From Anaerohalosphaeraceae bacterium (GTDB taxonomy: Bacteria; Planctomycetota; Phycisphaerae; Sedimentisphaerales; Anaerohalosphaeraceae), in the NCBI GenBank assembly GCA_963675525.2, contig CAXXSL010000013.1, positions 256,001-320,000 of the forward strand: DNA of 64,000 nt, written 5' to 3'. The position numbers and the translations under genes are program-made. Under the pieces are notes generated by a model. The model was not told where the DNA came from, searched no databases, and saw nothing but the letters and a program-made list of their open reading frames with translations. Positions 19,833-29,204 of this stretch are shown here, piece by piece (position 1 is the stretch's first letter; each line of letters begins with the position of its first letter).

Positions 19833-20220
19833 AATATACCTAGGTAAATTTCCGGAGCCGTTATTAGATTTTTAATGCAAAATCAAGCCGCAGTGCTCTT
19901 TTTTTAGCCCGATAAAAAAGCTGACAATTGCAAGCTCACTCTTTCGCCTGGAAATTTAGACCAATTACCTCAATTAAACACACAATTATCACGACTATGA
20001 AAAAAGCCGAATATTTGGCATAACTGCCATTAAGTTGTGGAAAAATCGTGACGAAAATACTGCAAAGACACCTGATATTCCAGTTGTTGTCTAATAAAAG
20101 TAAGACAGAAGACCGGATTTTATGCTCTTATGATGAACTTTAACGCAAGAAAAATTGCCGCCAAGACTTTCCGGCAGTCAGGTTCTAATTAATATAGGGA
20201 TTTTAATTTTTACAGAACGC

Positions 20221-20943
20221 ATGAAGCTGAAAATGAATAACACAATATTGAGTTTGTGGATGCGTCGAACAGAGACGGCCATCATGGTATGGCTGTTTAT
20301 TCTGTGTTTGCTAATAGCCCCGCTAAAACCAATCGCCATGTCTAAGGAAATTCCCCTTGCGTCGGCAAATTCACAAACCACACCCAAAACCGATAAAGAA
20401 ATAGAGTATGACGTCAAAGCCGCATTCATATATAATTTCATGAAATTCGTCGAATGGCCGGAAAAAGACCAAACCGAAGAAAGCCAGCAGTCGGATCAAT
20501 TGCCGCCGATGATCATCGGTGTTCTGGGGAACAACCCCTTTGGGAACGCGTTTCTCCCTATCATTGGAAAAGATATTCAAGGCCGAAAAATCTATTTTGT
20601 GGAGATTGACAGCTACAGTGCATTTTATGAATACTCGAGGAATCAAGCCAATGCTTGGAATGAATATCGGGAACAATATCAGGAAATCATCCGGAAATGT
20701 GATGTGCTTTTCATCTGCGATTCCGAGAAAAAATATACCGCCAATCTACTTTCCCTGACAAGCGGAAATACGATATTAACCATCAGTGATATTCCGCAAT
20801 TCGCAGAGAACAAGGGCATGGTCGGCTTTGTCAAAGATAATAACAAGATACGTTTTGATGTCAATTTCAATAATGCAAACAAAGAGAATATTAAAATCCG
20901 AGCTCAGCTTTTAAAGCTGGCTAGAACCGTCTATCGAAAATAA
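20221..20943 (+). CDS. YfiR/HmsC-family periplasmic sensory protein
   Basis: '[19 protein letters not shown]', '[10 protein letters not shown]', 'CDVLFI', 'LTISD..FAENKGM', 'IRFDVN', 'LLKLA'. Start uncertain. Confidence 0.88.
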   Translation: MKLKMNNTILSLWMRRTETAIMVWLFILCLLIAPLKPIAMSKEIPLASANSQTTPKTDKEIEYDVKAAFIYNFMKFVEWPEKDQTEESQQSDQLPPMIIGVLGNNPFGNAFLPIIGKDIQGRKIYFVEIDSYSAFYEYSRNQANAWNEYREQYQEIIRKCDVLFICDSEKKYTANLLSLTSGNTILTISDIPQFAENKGMVGFVKDNNKIRFDVNFNNANKENIKIRAQLLKLARTVYRK

Positions 20944-20986
20944 AAGTGACCGATGGTGTCTATTGCTAAAATACGGGAGCAAGATC

Positions 20987-23008
20987 ATGAAACTATTTGC
21001 GGTTAATACGATACGTAAAAAACTTATCCTTGTGATCATGAGCATTTGCCTGGCGGCTTTGGTCGTTTCAGGGATCGCCTTCAGTCTCTGGAGCCACTTT
21101 TCTTTTCGGGAGAACATGATACGGGATCTTCAGGTACAGGCCGAGATGACCGCAAAAAACTGCTCCGCATCCCTGCTTTTCGATGACCCTAAAAGTGCCG
21201 AAGAAACCCTCAAGTCCTATGTTGCCGAACCGTCCATCCTCAACTGCTGTATTTATAACGCCGAGAAGCAGCATTTTGCGAGCTATTTTCGCGATGGTTA
21301 CTCGAAACATCTTGACACTAAACCGCAATCTTCCGGCCATGTGTTTAATGGAAACCGTTTGATCATCTTTGCTCCGATCGTGCTGGAGGAAGAACAAGTT
21401 GGAACAGTTGCTCTGGTATCTGATCTGGAACCATTGAGAACGAATTTCAGAAGCAACAGCCTGATCGTTCTGGCGATTATGGTCATGGCCTCTTTGGCCG
21501 GGTATTTGCTGGCTGCCCGCCTACAGCAGATCATTTCCAAACCGATTCTTTCACTGGCTGGTCTTTCGACTCATGTCTATCAGAAACGGGACTATTCACA
21601 GCGGGCCGAGAAAATGTCGAATGATGAAATCGGCACCTTAATCGACGCCTTCAATCTGATGCTCGATGAAATCCAGCAGGAAATGGAAGAACGTGTCAAG
21701 GCGCAAATGGAACTCATGAAGCATCGTGACCACCTCGAAGAAACCGTGAATGAACGAACCTCCGAATTAAAATCGACCAACCGGCAGTTAGAGTTGACTG
21801 TTGAAAGAGCAAATCTCATGGCCAAACAGGCCAATGAAGCCAACAAGGCCAAGAGTGAGTTTCTTGCGAATATGAGTCATGAAATACGAACGCCGATGAA
21901 TGCCATCATCGGATTCAGCGAATTGCTGGGCGAAGAAGACCTGACCCAACAACAGCGAACCTTCCTGAATACTGTTCTTGCCAGCGGTAAAAGTCTGCTC
22001 CAACTCATTAACGATATTCTTGACTTCTCCAAAATCGAGGCCGGCCGGCTTCAGACTGAAGTCATCGAATGCAATACCCAGCAATTCCTTGGGGACGTCA
22101 ATTCTTTTCTGCGTCCTCTGGCTCTGGAAAAAAGTTTAAAATTCGATATTTTACAATGCGGTGAACTGCCGTCGATCTTTTACACCGACCCGGTTCGCGT
22201 CCGGCAGTGCCTTGTTAATCTTGTTGGCAATGCCATTAAGTTTACCAAGAAAGGTCATGTATATATCAATGTTTCAACGGAACAGCATCACGGCAAGGAT
22301 TATATGCGTTTTGATATTGAAGATACGGGCATCGGGATTCCCGAAGAAAAACAGCGAACGATCTTCGAGGCCTTTACTCAGGCCGATGGCAGCACAACAC
22401 GAAAATTTGGCGGTACTGGTTTAGGACTTACCATTACCAAGCAGTTAACCGAACTGCTGGGCGGAACGATTTCGGTCAAGAGCAATATGGGCAAAGGATC
22501 TGTCTTTACAATCCTGCTGCCGGCCGGCGTTAAGCTGGATGAAACCGACTCGATCAATGCCTACAATATCATGAATGATTTGATGACGGAACCGGAAAAC
22601 ACCAAAGCATTCATTAAAGGCCGTACCGGGAAGATTCTGGTCGCCGAGGACGCCGAAGCCAATCAGGCCCTGATCCGCGTCCTTCTGGAACGTCTCGGGC
22701 ATGAAGTCGTCATCGCCGAAAACGGCAAAGACGCCGTTCAGGCCCTTGAAAATGACGAAAGCTTTGAACTGGTCTTCATGGATATGATGATGCCGGTGAT
22801 GAGCGGATACGACGCAACCAAAAAACTGCGAGCCAGAGGGTGTGATCTGCCGATCATCGCCCTGACGGCAAACGCCATGAAAGGCGATGACCAGAAATGT
22901 TATGAAGCCGGGTGTAATGAATATATCACCAAACCGATCGATCGGGATCGGCTTCAAGAGCTTCTGGATAAATATCTACAAGTACAGATAACATCCGCAA
23001 AGTCATAA
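20987..23008 (+). CDS. Membrane hybrid sensor histidine kinase (periplasmic domain, HAMP, HisKA, HATPase, receiver)
   Basis: Two TM helices; '[13 protein letters not shown]'; '[14 protein letters not shown]'; '[10 protein letters not shown]'; 'DTGIGI'; 'GGTGLGL'; receiver '[17 protein letters not shown]'. Confidence 0.93.
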   Translation: MKLFAVNTIRKKLILVIMSICLAALVVSGIAFSLWSHFSFRENMIRDLQVQAEMTAKNCSASLLFDDPKSAEETLKSYVAEPSILNCCIYNAEKQHFASYFRDGYSKHLDTKPQSSGHVFNGNRLIIFAPIVLEEEQVGTVALVSDLEPLRTNFRSNSLIVLAIMVMASLAGYLLAARLQQIISKPILSLAGLSTHVYQKRDYSQRAEKMSNDEIGTLIDAFNLMLDEIQQEMEERVKAQMELMKHRDHLEETVNERTSELKSTNRQLELTVERANLMAKQANEANKAKSEFLANMSHEIRTPMNAIIGFSELLGEEDLTQQQRTFLNTVLASGKSLLQLINDILDFSKIEAGRLQTEVIECNTQQFLGDVNSFLRPLALEKSLKFDILQCGELPSIFYTDPVRVRQCLVNLVGNAIKFTKKGHVYINVSTEQHHGKDYMRFDIEDTGIGIPEEKQRTIFEAFTQADGSTTRKFGGTGLGLTITKQLTELLGGTISVKSNMGKGSVFTILLPAGVKLDETDSINAYNIMNDLMTEPENTKAFIKGRTGKILVAEDAEANQALIRVLLERLGHEVVIAENGKDAVQALENDESFELVFMDMMMPVMSGYDATKKLRARGCDLPIIALTANAMKGDDQKCYEAGCNEYITKPIDRDRLQELLDKYLQVQITSAKS

Positions 23009-23028
23009 AAAAACGTTCCTCGAATCAT

Positions 23029-23063
23029 AAAAAGAGGATTTTCGATAGAAACGCCTCTTTTTT
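23029..23063 (+). terminator. Probable intrinsic terminator
   Basis: aaaaagagg...cctcttttt inverted repeat after the kinase stop. Confidence 0.6.
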
Positions 23064-23114
23064 GCCTCTTAAAGTCTCGTTTCTTGATTTTTATAAAATT
23101 TTTTAAGTTTTAGA

Positions 23115-23152
23115 TTGACTATACATAGTATGCATTACATAATATGTATAGT
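23115..23152 (+). promoter_or_regulatory. Sigma70-type promoter overlapped by a palindromic operator (probable PadR site)
   Basis: TTGACT (23115) -17 nt- CATAAT (23138); inverted repeat ACTATACATA (23118-27) / TATGTATAGT (23143-52). Confidence 0.7.
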
Positions 23153-23190
23153 AATTTATAAATGTTCAGTATTCTACAGGAGAACGGACC

Positions 23191-23535
23191 ATGAAATTCG
23201 AACGGGAACTGTTAAAAGGTGTGGCACCGGTCGTGGTGCTGGAAATTCTCAGCCGGGGTAAAATGTACGGCTACGAACTGTCCGAGACCCTTGAACAGCG
23301 AAGCAAAGGCATCTTAAGCCTTGGCCGGGGAACACTTTATCCCCTGCTGTACAACCTGGAGGCCAAGGGGCTAATCACAGCCGAATGGGAACAAAGCGAG
23401 AGTAAACGCAAACGCCGGTACTACTCCATCACCGACGACGGCAAAGACCAACTCGCCAAGCAAAAAGAACAATGGACCGCCCTCCAACAAGGCGTCAACC
23501 TCGTCTTCGGCATGGGCGGCCTGACACCAGCATAA
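23191..23535 (+). CDS. PadR-family transcriptional regulator
   Basis: 'ELLKG..VLEIL..MYGYEL', 'GTLYPLLYNLE..GLI', 'RKRRYYSITDDGK..L..W'; RBS AGGAG. Confidence 0.93.
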   Translation: MKFERELLKGVAPVVVLEILSRGKMYGYELSETLEQRSKGILSLGRGTLYPLLYNLEAKGLITAEWEQSESKRKRRYYSITDDGKDQLAKQKEQWTALQQGVNLVFGMGGLTPA

Positions 23536-23609
23536 AAACCGGGTGGCACGGTCAAACTGTGTTTGGGCGTGGGTTTAACGTATAGATCGTTGTTGACAGG
23601 AGCGAGATT

Positions 23610-25481
23610 ATGCAGATATTCATAAAAGTATTGAAGATCATTGAGGGGATTGTACTTGGGTTGATATTTAGTTTTCTAACCGTTGTATGCTTAGATGCAC
23701 TTCTGCCCAGTCGGAATCCTTTCGACAAAAACACGCTCAATCTTTGGTTTATTGGTCCGATTGTCGCTGGGTGGTTGTTTTTTATGTTGTGGTTGTTTTT
23801 GAGAGGGCCGTCAAAAAGGAACATCAAAACCAACAGCACTGAATCTTTGCCGGATTCTGCCTCTGAGCTTATTAACGCAATCATTGAATCCATGCGATTT
23901 CGCAGAAGCGACCGTGCCGAAGTCCGTCAGGAACTAACCGACCATTTCATCGATGCACTCTCACATTGTCGAGATGAACAGGAAAGAAAAAACAAAATCG
24001 CTGAACTGGTTGCCGAATTTGGGGATGTCAAACTGCTGGGCACCTTAATACGCCGGGGTAAAAAACGATGCCAGCCGTTGTGGCGAAAAGTGCTGACACA
24101 CACCCCCCATGCAATCGGCATCTCAATCCTGCTGCTGATCGTTTACATCGGCTGGTTCTTCACCGGCAAGCCCAAACCCAGCATCGATTACCTGGCAATC
24201 TGGAACGAGCAAATCCGCCCCACCGTAGCGGAAAGCGACAACGCCGAAACCTTCTATACAAAGGCATCCGAAATCTATGACGCCAACACGTTAATCGCCT
24301 GGCGGGATAAATACGAGAAACATTTTGACGATTCTCCAAGATCTTTATCTAAGCTTTCGGCCAAAGAAAAAGAAACCCTGAATAAGTGGCTCGATTCCAA
24401 TACCGAATCACTCGATCTGATCAGACAGGGAACACAAAAGCCTTATTACTGGCAATCTTATGCGACAGACCAAGAAGGTTCCACTGAACTGATAGCTATC
24501 CTCTTGCCTCACCTCTCAGATTTCAAAAACATTTCGGAACTACTCTGTTGGCAAGCTCTGGTCGATGCCGAACACGGCAACTTCCAACAGGCCTTCGATT
24601 CATGCATTACAACATACACATTCGGCACCCATATTCGAGGCCAACACAAAACACTCATCGAACAACTGGTCAGCATGGCGATCCAACGGATAACAAACGA
24701 CACCATTCGAATCATTCTGGATGAACACTTTGACAAAATGGATACTGCATTGCTTAACAATACAAAACTGCGCTTTGCACAACTCGTCGAAAAACAAAAT
24801 TTCACAATTGATTACTCAGGCGAAAGACTCTTTATGTACGATGAAGCCCAGCGTAGTTTCACACAATCCCGCTTTGGCAAAAGCCATCTATACCTTCCCA
24901 GGTTGTCAGAACTGGGAGGAGATCAGGATATTTATGAACAGGACGATATCATAAAAAACACTTTTTTCATTTTATTCACACATCCCGACAAGGAAGAAAC
25001 ACTGCAAACCATTGATAGATTTTGTAACACGATGGAAACCTTTGTGCATCAAACACCTGCAACCCGTCAGACAAACGAAAAAACGATTAATCAGATTATC
25101 GAAGAAATGATAGAGGAGAATGTCCTGCTGAATATTATGTTGCCTGCCTTGGGCAGGTGCATCGAATTATCCTTTAGAAATCACATTAATTCCCAATCAA
25201 CCATCGTCATTCTCTCGGCGTTACAGTATCACAAAACACATAACGAATACCCCGAATCTCTGCAAACACTCGTCGAATCAGGACACCTCAAAACAATCCC
25301 CATCGACCCGTTCAGCGATAAACCGCTTGTTTATCGAAAAACAGAGGACAGCTTTGTACTTTACTCCGTGGGAAGTAATTTCACCGATGATGGCGGCGCC
25401 TCGGGAACAGATGATAAGGGGAAACCTCGTCGATGGGGCAACCACGGCGACTGGATATTCTGGCCGGTCACTGATGACTGA
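23610..25481 (+). CDS. Membrane protein with a PadR-associated (permease-prefix/HAAS-like) cytoplasmic domain and a large extracytoplasmic domain
   Basis: Two N-terminal TMs; 'RAEVRQELTDHF...AEFGDVKLLG'; a third TM; C-terminal 'YPESLQTLV..IPIDPF..LYSVG..DDGG' (pseudopilin G-like tail). Confidence 0.6.
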   Translation: MQIFIKVLKIIEGIVLGLIFSFLTVVCLDALLPSRNPFDKNTLNLWFIGPIVAGWLFFMLWLFLRGPSKRNIKTNSTESLPDSASELINAIIESMRFRRSDRAEVRQELTDHFIDALSHCRDEQERKNKIAELVAEFGDVKLLGTLIRRGKKRCQPLWRKVLTHTPHAIGISILLLIVYIGWFFTGKPKPSIDYLAIWNEQIRPTVAESDNAETFYTKASEIYDANTLIAWRDKYEKHFDDSPRSLSKLSAKEKETLNKWLDSNTESLDLIRQGTQKPYYWQSYATDQEGSTELIAILLPHLSDFKNISELLCWQALVDAEHGNFQQAFDSCITTYTFGTHIRGQHKTLIEQLVSMAIQRITNDTIRIILDEHFDKMDTALLNNTKLRFAQLVEKQNFTIDYSGERLFMYDEAQRSFTQSRFGKSHLYLPRLSELGGDQDIYEQDDIIKNTFFILFTHPDKEETLQTIDRFCNTMETFVHQTPATRQTNEKTINQIIEEMIEENVLLNIMLPALGRCIELSFRNHINSQSTIVILSALQYHKTHNEYPESLQTLVESGHLKTIPIDPFSDKPLVYRKTEDSFVLYSVGSNFTDDGGASGTDDKGKPRRWGNHGDWIFWPVTDD

Positions 25482-25494
25482 TAACCGGCAACTG

Positions 25495-25761
25495 TTACGG
25501 GTGGTCAAAGACTAATTTTTTCGATTCGACGCCCTCAATGGCATTCAGCTTACCCATCAACTCAGCGGCATTGGCATCGTCATCGGTCATTTCCAGCACA
25601 AGCAGCCCGTTGGGTGAGCAAAATCCTTTATCGGCTTCGTGCAGTCCAAGGCGGGTACGGATGCTGCAGCCGTATTCAGTCAGCAGATGCTGAACGGAAT
25701 CGACATGCTGGATGCGATCGGTAATGTGAACGCCCAGAATAATGTGTTTTGACAGCGGCAT
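25495..25761 (-). CDS. Small ACT-like protein (TM1266 / Fe-hydrogenase-system-regulator-like)
   Basis: 'ILGVHITDR..VQHLLTEYGCSIRTRLGLHE..GLLVLE..LNAIEGVE.K'; RBS GGAGG. Confidence 0.65.
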   Translation of the reverse strand: MPLSKHIILGVHITDRIQHVDSVQHLLTEYGCSIRTRLGLHEADKGFCSPNGLLVLEMTDDDANAAELMGKLNAIEGVESKKLVFDHP

Positions 25762-25828
25762 AAAAACCTCCGTGAATAATATAAAGTTAGCATATCAAGA
25801 TTCTTAAATCTGCCCGCTACGGGCATTT

Positions 25829-26269
25829 TTACTTACGCAGCATCTCTTCGAGAATTTCGGCGGCGATACGGACAAATTCCGGGCAATCGTGAAACGCATC
25901 CGGCTGTTTGGACGCCAACTGCCCTTCTTCGGTTCTCATGTCGAAGCCCAGCAGTTCCCGACAAATAACCGAGCCGGTTTGAAGCCTGAACTCTTCGGCC
26001 AGTTCTCTGACTTTTCGATAATTCTGCATTTTGGCCGTTTTGTCAGAAGGATCCGCCGAGCCGTACTTTAAACCAAGCACCATAATGGCTCCCGTCAGGG
26101 ACCCGCACACCTCGCCGGTGCAGCCCAAACCCCCGCCAAAGCCGGAGGCAATGGTAAAGGCTGTTTTTTCATCCAGCCCGAATGATTCACAAAATGCTCC
26201 CAGAACAGCCTGTGAGCAGTTATACCCTTCACTAAACAATTTTACTGCCTTTTGGGCTTCATTCATCAT
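25829..26269 (-). CDS. C_GCAxxG_C_C family putative redox protein
   Basis: 'GYNCSQAV', 'GFGGG..GEVCGSLTGA', 'SVICRELLG', final Cys. Confidence 0.9.
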   Translation of the reverse strand: MMNEAQKAVKLFSEGYNCSQAVLGAFCESFGLDEKTAFTIASGFGGGLGCTGEVCGSLTGAIMVLGLKYGSADPSDKTAKMQNYRKVRELAEEFRLQTGSVICRELLGFDMRTEEGQLASKQPDAFHDCPEFVRIAAEILEEMLRK

Positions 26270-26282
26270 ATTTCCCTTTACG

Positions 26283-28028
26283 TCAATCCTGAAGTTGTTT
26301 TTGCCATTCGCTTAGTAGTATACGCGACAACGGTCGAATTGTTTTTTCCGAAAAATCAAATTCCAGCCCTGCCGCAGAAAACAGCTCCGGCAACGGCCGG
26401 CTGCCGCCCAGCGAGAGTGCTTTCTTATAGTTCTCAACCGCTTTAGCGGTATCCTGTTTGGCCTGCATCCAGACACCCAGTGCACCAAGCTGCGCAATAC
26501 CGTATTCAATAAAATAAAACGGAAACTGGAAAAAGTGAAGAACACGATGCCACTGAGACGCCCGATATTCCTCAAGACCGCTCCAGTCTTCGATGCCGGT
26601 TCCATACCGCCTGTTCAGTTCAATCCACTGCTGCTGTCTTTGCTCAACGGTGTGCGATGGATTTTCATAAATCCAATGCTGAAACGCATCAAAAATCGCA
26701 ACCACAATCAAAGCTCGTACGCAATCTTCAAACTTATCCCGCCACCACCGCTTTCGCTCATCGGGACGATAAAAGACGTCCAAATGTGCCGCCGAAAGAA
26801 ACTCCATCGACATGGAAGCAACTTCACAAAATTCGATTGGCGCATGGAGATAGGCCGTAAGTTTTTCATGCGTACAAGCCAGCAGATGAAAGGCATGGCC
26901 GCCTTCGTGAGTCAATAGGTTCAGATCATCATCCGTCCCATTGGTGTTGCCAAAAATGAACGGCTTTCGGGCCTCATGCAGTGTTTCCTGATAACCGCCG
27001 GGTGCTTTTCCCTTCCGGCTTTCCAGATCAAGAAGTCCTTCATCCAGCATCATTTGGAACTGACTGCCGAATGCGGCATCAACCCGCCCGAACATGGTGC
27101 AAAGCCCCTCGGTAAGCTGGTTGAGGTTGTCAGCCGGTTTCAGCGGCCCCCTGCCGAGCGGGTCGCACTGCAAATCCCAAGGCCGCAATAGTAGATTCAT
27201 TTGCTCGGCTCGCAACTGATATATTTGACGCTGAAGCGGCACGATGTATTTTTCAACCGCATCATGGTACTGTCTGCAATGCTGCGGCGTATAATCAAAG
27301 CGATGATATTCCCTGAACTTATAATCTCTGTAGTTTTCAAAACCCGCATGTTCCGCTATTTTTTGACGAACTGAAATCATTTTATCGAAAATGTTGTCCA
27401 GCGGTTCTTTATCCTGTTGATACCGGTCAAGAAATGCTTTCCATGCCTGCTCGCGAGTGGAACGATCCGTTTCTAAAACGTATTTTCTCATTTGTGACAG
27501 TGGCAACTCCTGACCGCGAAACTGTACCGTCATCGCCCCGGTGATTTGCTGGTACTGCTGACTGAGCAATGAATCTTCGGTTTGCAAGGGAACGTTCTCG
27601 GCCCGAAACAACTCCATATCGGAACGGGTCCTGCGGAAATACATCGCATATCGCGAGGGATTAAAGGATAATGCATCAGCCGTATGGATCATTTTCCGGT
27701 CAAGCTCATCCGATAGACACTTGATAACCGGCTCGATCGTCTTGACAAAATCCGTGTAGGCCTGGGTCCGCTGCGGATCATCGGTCTGACAGGTCATCCG
27801 GATATAAAGGACCGACTGCTGCTGGGCAACTGCTGCCTCAAGTTCGGACCGGTCCAGCACCCATATCTCCAACTCATCCGACGATTGAATCGGCCGGTCC
27901 AGCAGTTGACGCCACAGCAATTCGACCTGCTCTCGGTTTGTTAAATCCACATCAGCCGGGACAAACCGCCTCGGCTGATAAGGAACCAATGACGAAAAAT
28001 CCAATTGTATGTTTGCCTGTTTATCCAT
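26283..28028 (-). CDS. M3-family oligoendopeptidase (PepF-like)
   Basis: Zinc motif 'HEGGHAFH', 'KGKAPGGY', 'EFCEVASMSME', 'PFYFIEYGIAQLGAL'. Confidence 0.92.
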   Translation of the reverse strand: MDKQANIQLDFSSLVPYQPRRFVPADVDLTNREQVELLWRQLLDRPIQSSDELEIWVLDRSELEAAVAQQQSVLYIRMTCQTDDPQRTQAYTDFVKTIEPVIKCLSDELDRKMIHTADALSFNPSRYAMYFRRTRSDMELFRAENVPLQTEDSLLSQQYQQITGAMTVQFRGQELPLSQMRKYVLETDRSTREQAWKAFLDRYQQDKEPLDNIFDKMISVRQKIAEHAGFENYRDYKFREYHRFDYTPQHCRQYHDAVEKYIVPLQRQIYQLRAEQMNLLLRPWDLQCDPLGRGPLKPADNLNQLTEGLCTMFGRVDAAFGSQFQMMLDEGLLDLESRKGKAPGGYQETLHEARKPFIFGNTNGTDDDLNLLTHEGGHAFHLLACTHEKLTAYLHAPIEFCEVASMSMEFLSAAHLDVFYRPDERKRWWRDKFEDCVRALIVVAIFDAFQHWIYENPSHTVEQRQQQWIELNRRYGTGIEDWSGLEEYRASQWHRVLHFFQFPFYFIEYGIAQLGALGVWMQAKQDTAKAVENYKKALSLGGSRPLPELFSAAGLEFDFSEKTIRPLSRILLSEWQKQLQD

Positions 28029-28122
28029 ACTGTTAATCCTTCCGGGCTCCTAACGTATTTTCAAATCCGTATGGAGTGGTATTATAACAGACCGCCGAGC
28101 ATGAAGAAACAGGCAAACACAC

Positions 28123-28159
28123 AAAAAAAGAGAGCCTGCGGTTGGGCGACCACAGGCTC
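28123..28159 (-). terminator. Intrinsic terminator after the two small minus-strand genes
   Basis: gagcctg...caggctc stem followed on the minus strand by a U7 tract. Confidence 0.65.
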
Positions 28160-28188
28160 GTTCATCCCTTGTCAAAAGAGATAAGAGG

Positions 28189-28362
28189 TTATGAGATTGT
28201 CTTGGTTAGATAGCGAAAAAACGCCATTCCTGCCGTGCAGATAAAAAGGGTGCTCGGTTGCGGCAGCGCGACGGCCAACGGGGCCTGCTCCGCTTCAGCA
28301 CCGGCATAAGCAACCCCTGCCGCAATAGCTGAGATCAGAATGACAAATGACGTTTTTTTCAT
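28189..28362 (-). CDS. 57-aa miniature PEP-CTERM-like protein (signal peptide + short linker + PQP/TM/basic tail)
   Basis: MKKTSFVILISAIAAGVAYA|GAEAEQAPLAVA-LPQPSTLFICTAGMAFFRYLTKTIS; G-rich RBS; terminator downstream. Confidence 0.55.
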   Translation of the reverse strand: MKKTSFVILISAIAAGVAYAGAEAEQAPLAVALPQPSTLFICTAGMAFFRYLTKTIS

Positions 28363-28409
28363 AATTTCCCCCGGATTGAATTCGGATTGATGCCTCATCA
28401 ACACCAACC

Positions 28410-28673
28410 CTATTTCGGCGGATTCTGTTCAAGTCGTTTACGCAAGTCCGTATTTTCACGGCGTGTCGCTTCCAGATCAAAGATCAAATACTTAACTCCC
28501 AGCCGTAAATAATCCAACGACTGCTGGAGATTATTCAGCTTTTGCTGAAGCTGTTCATGACCTTCGCGACTTTTTCGCGTAAGATTGACGATCTTTTCCT
28601 GTTCCGGTTTCGGAAAGGATTCGGTTTCTTTTAAAATATCGAACAGCTTTTGATTGAATTCCGATTCTTTCAT
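28410..28673 (-). CDS. Small coiled-coil protein of a type I recognise as conserved in Planctomycetes
   Basis: 'LQQSLDYLRLGVKYLIFDLEATRREN..LRK'; G-rich RBS. Confidence 0.7.
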   Translation of the reverse strand: MKESEFNQKLFDILKETESFPKPEQEKIVNLTRKSREGHEQLQQKLNNLQQSLDYLRLGVKYLIFDLEATRRENTDLRKRLEQNPPK

Positions 28674-29146
28674 GTGTCACCCCCAAAAAGTTCATTCTCC
28701 GAAGCCAGCAAAACATGCGTTAACACGGCTCTTGTTGCGGTTTACATCACTCTCAAGCCGGCATTTGCCGCCTTTCTATCATCAGCCCCAATATACTGTG
28801 TTGAGTTCCTCCAAAGCCAACAAACGTATTATAGCAAAACGCACCCTTAAATTCACAAAAATAGGGATTTGGGGGCTGATTTTGCACTAAAAAACAGGTT
28901 CAACATCATAAAAAAAGGTTTTATCGGCCGTTGTTTAAAAAATTTTCCGGTCAAATCTCATGGAATTCCGCGGGTAAATTAATGTTGAAAAAACAGGAAA
29001 TTGTCCCTGTTTGCATCTTGGTATCTTACTTGAAGTTGGCTTAAAACGGACCACATTGATTGGTTGAAGGCCGTATTATGCTATGGCTCATCATGCCAGT
29101 CCCGGCCTTGGGATGTCAATCTTTACGGAACCACTGAAACTGCTCA

Positions 29147-29179
29147 GTTCCCCGGAAACAGGATTCATTTCCGGGGAAC
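29147..29179 (-). terminator. Strong hairpin downstream of the CotH gene
   Basis: gttccccggaaa / tttccggggaac, a 12-bp perfect stem; no clear U tract. Confidence 0.5.
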
Positions 29180-29204
29180 CGTACAAGGGGAGTGTTAATA
29201 TTGA

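Noticed and set aside
19880..19920. Sigma-28-like CCGATAA boxes (also near 28921-28930 on the minus strand)
   Set aside because: No correctly spaced TAAA -35 element.
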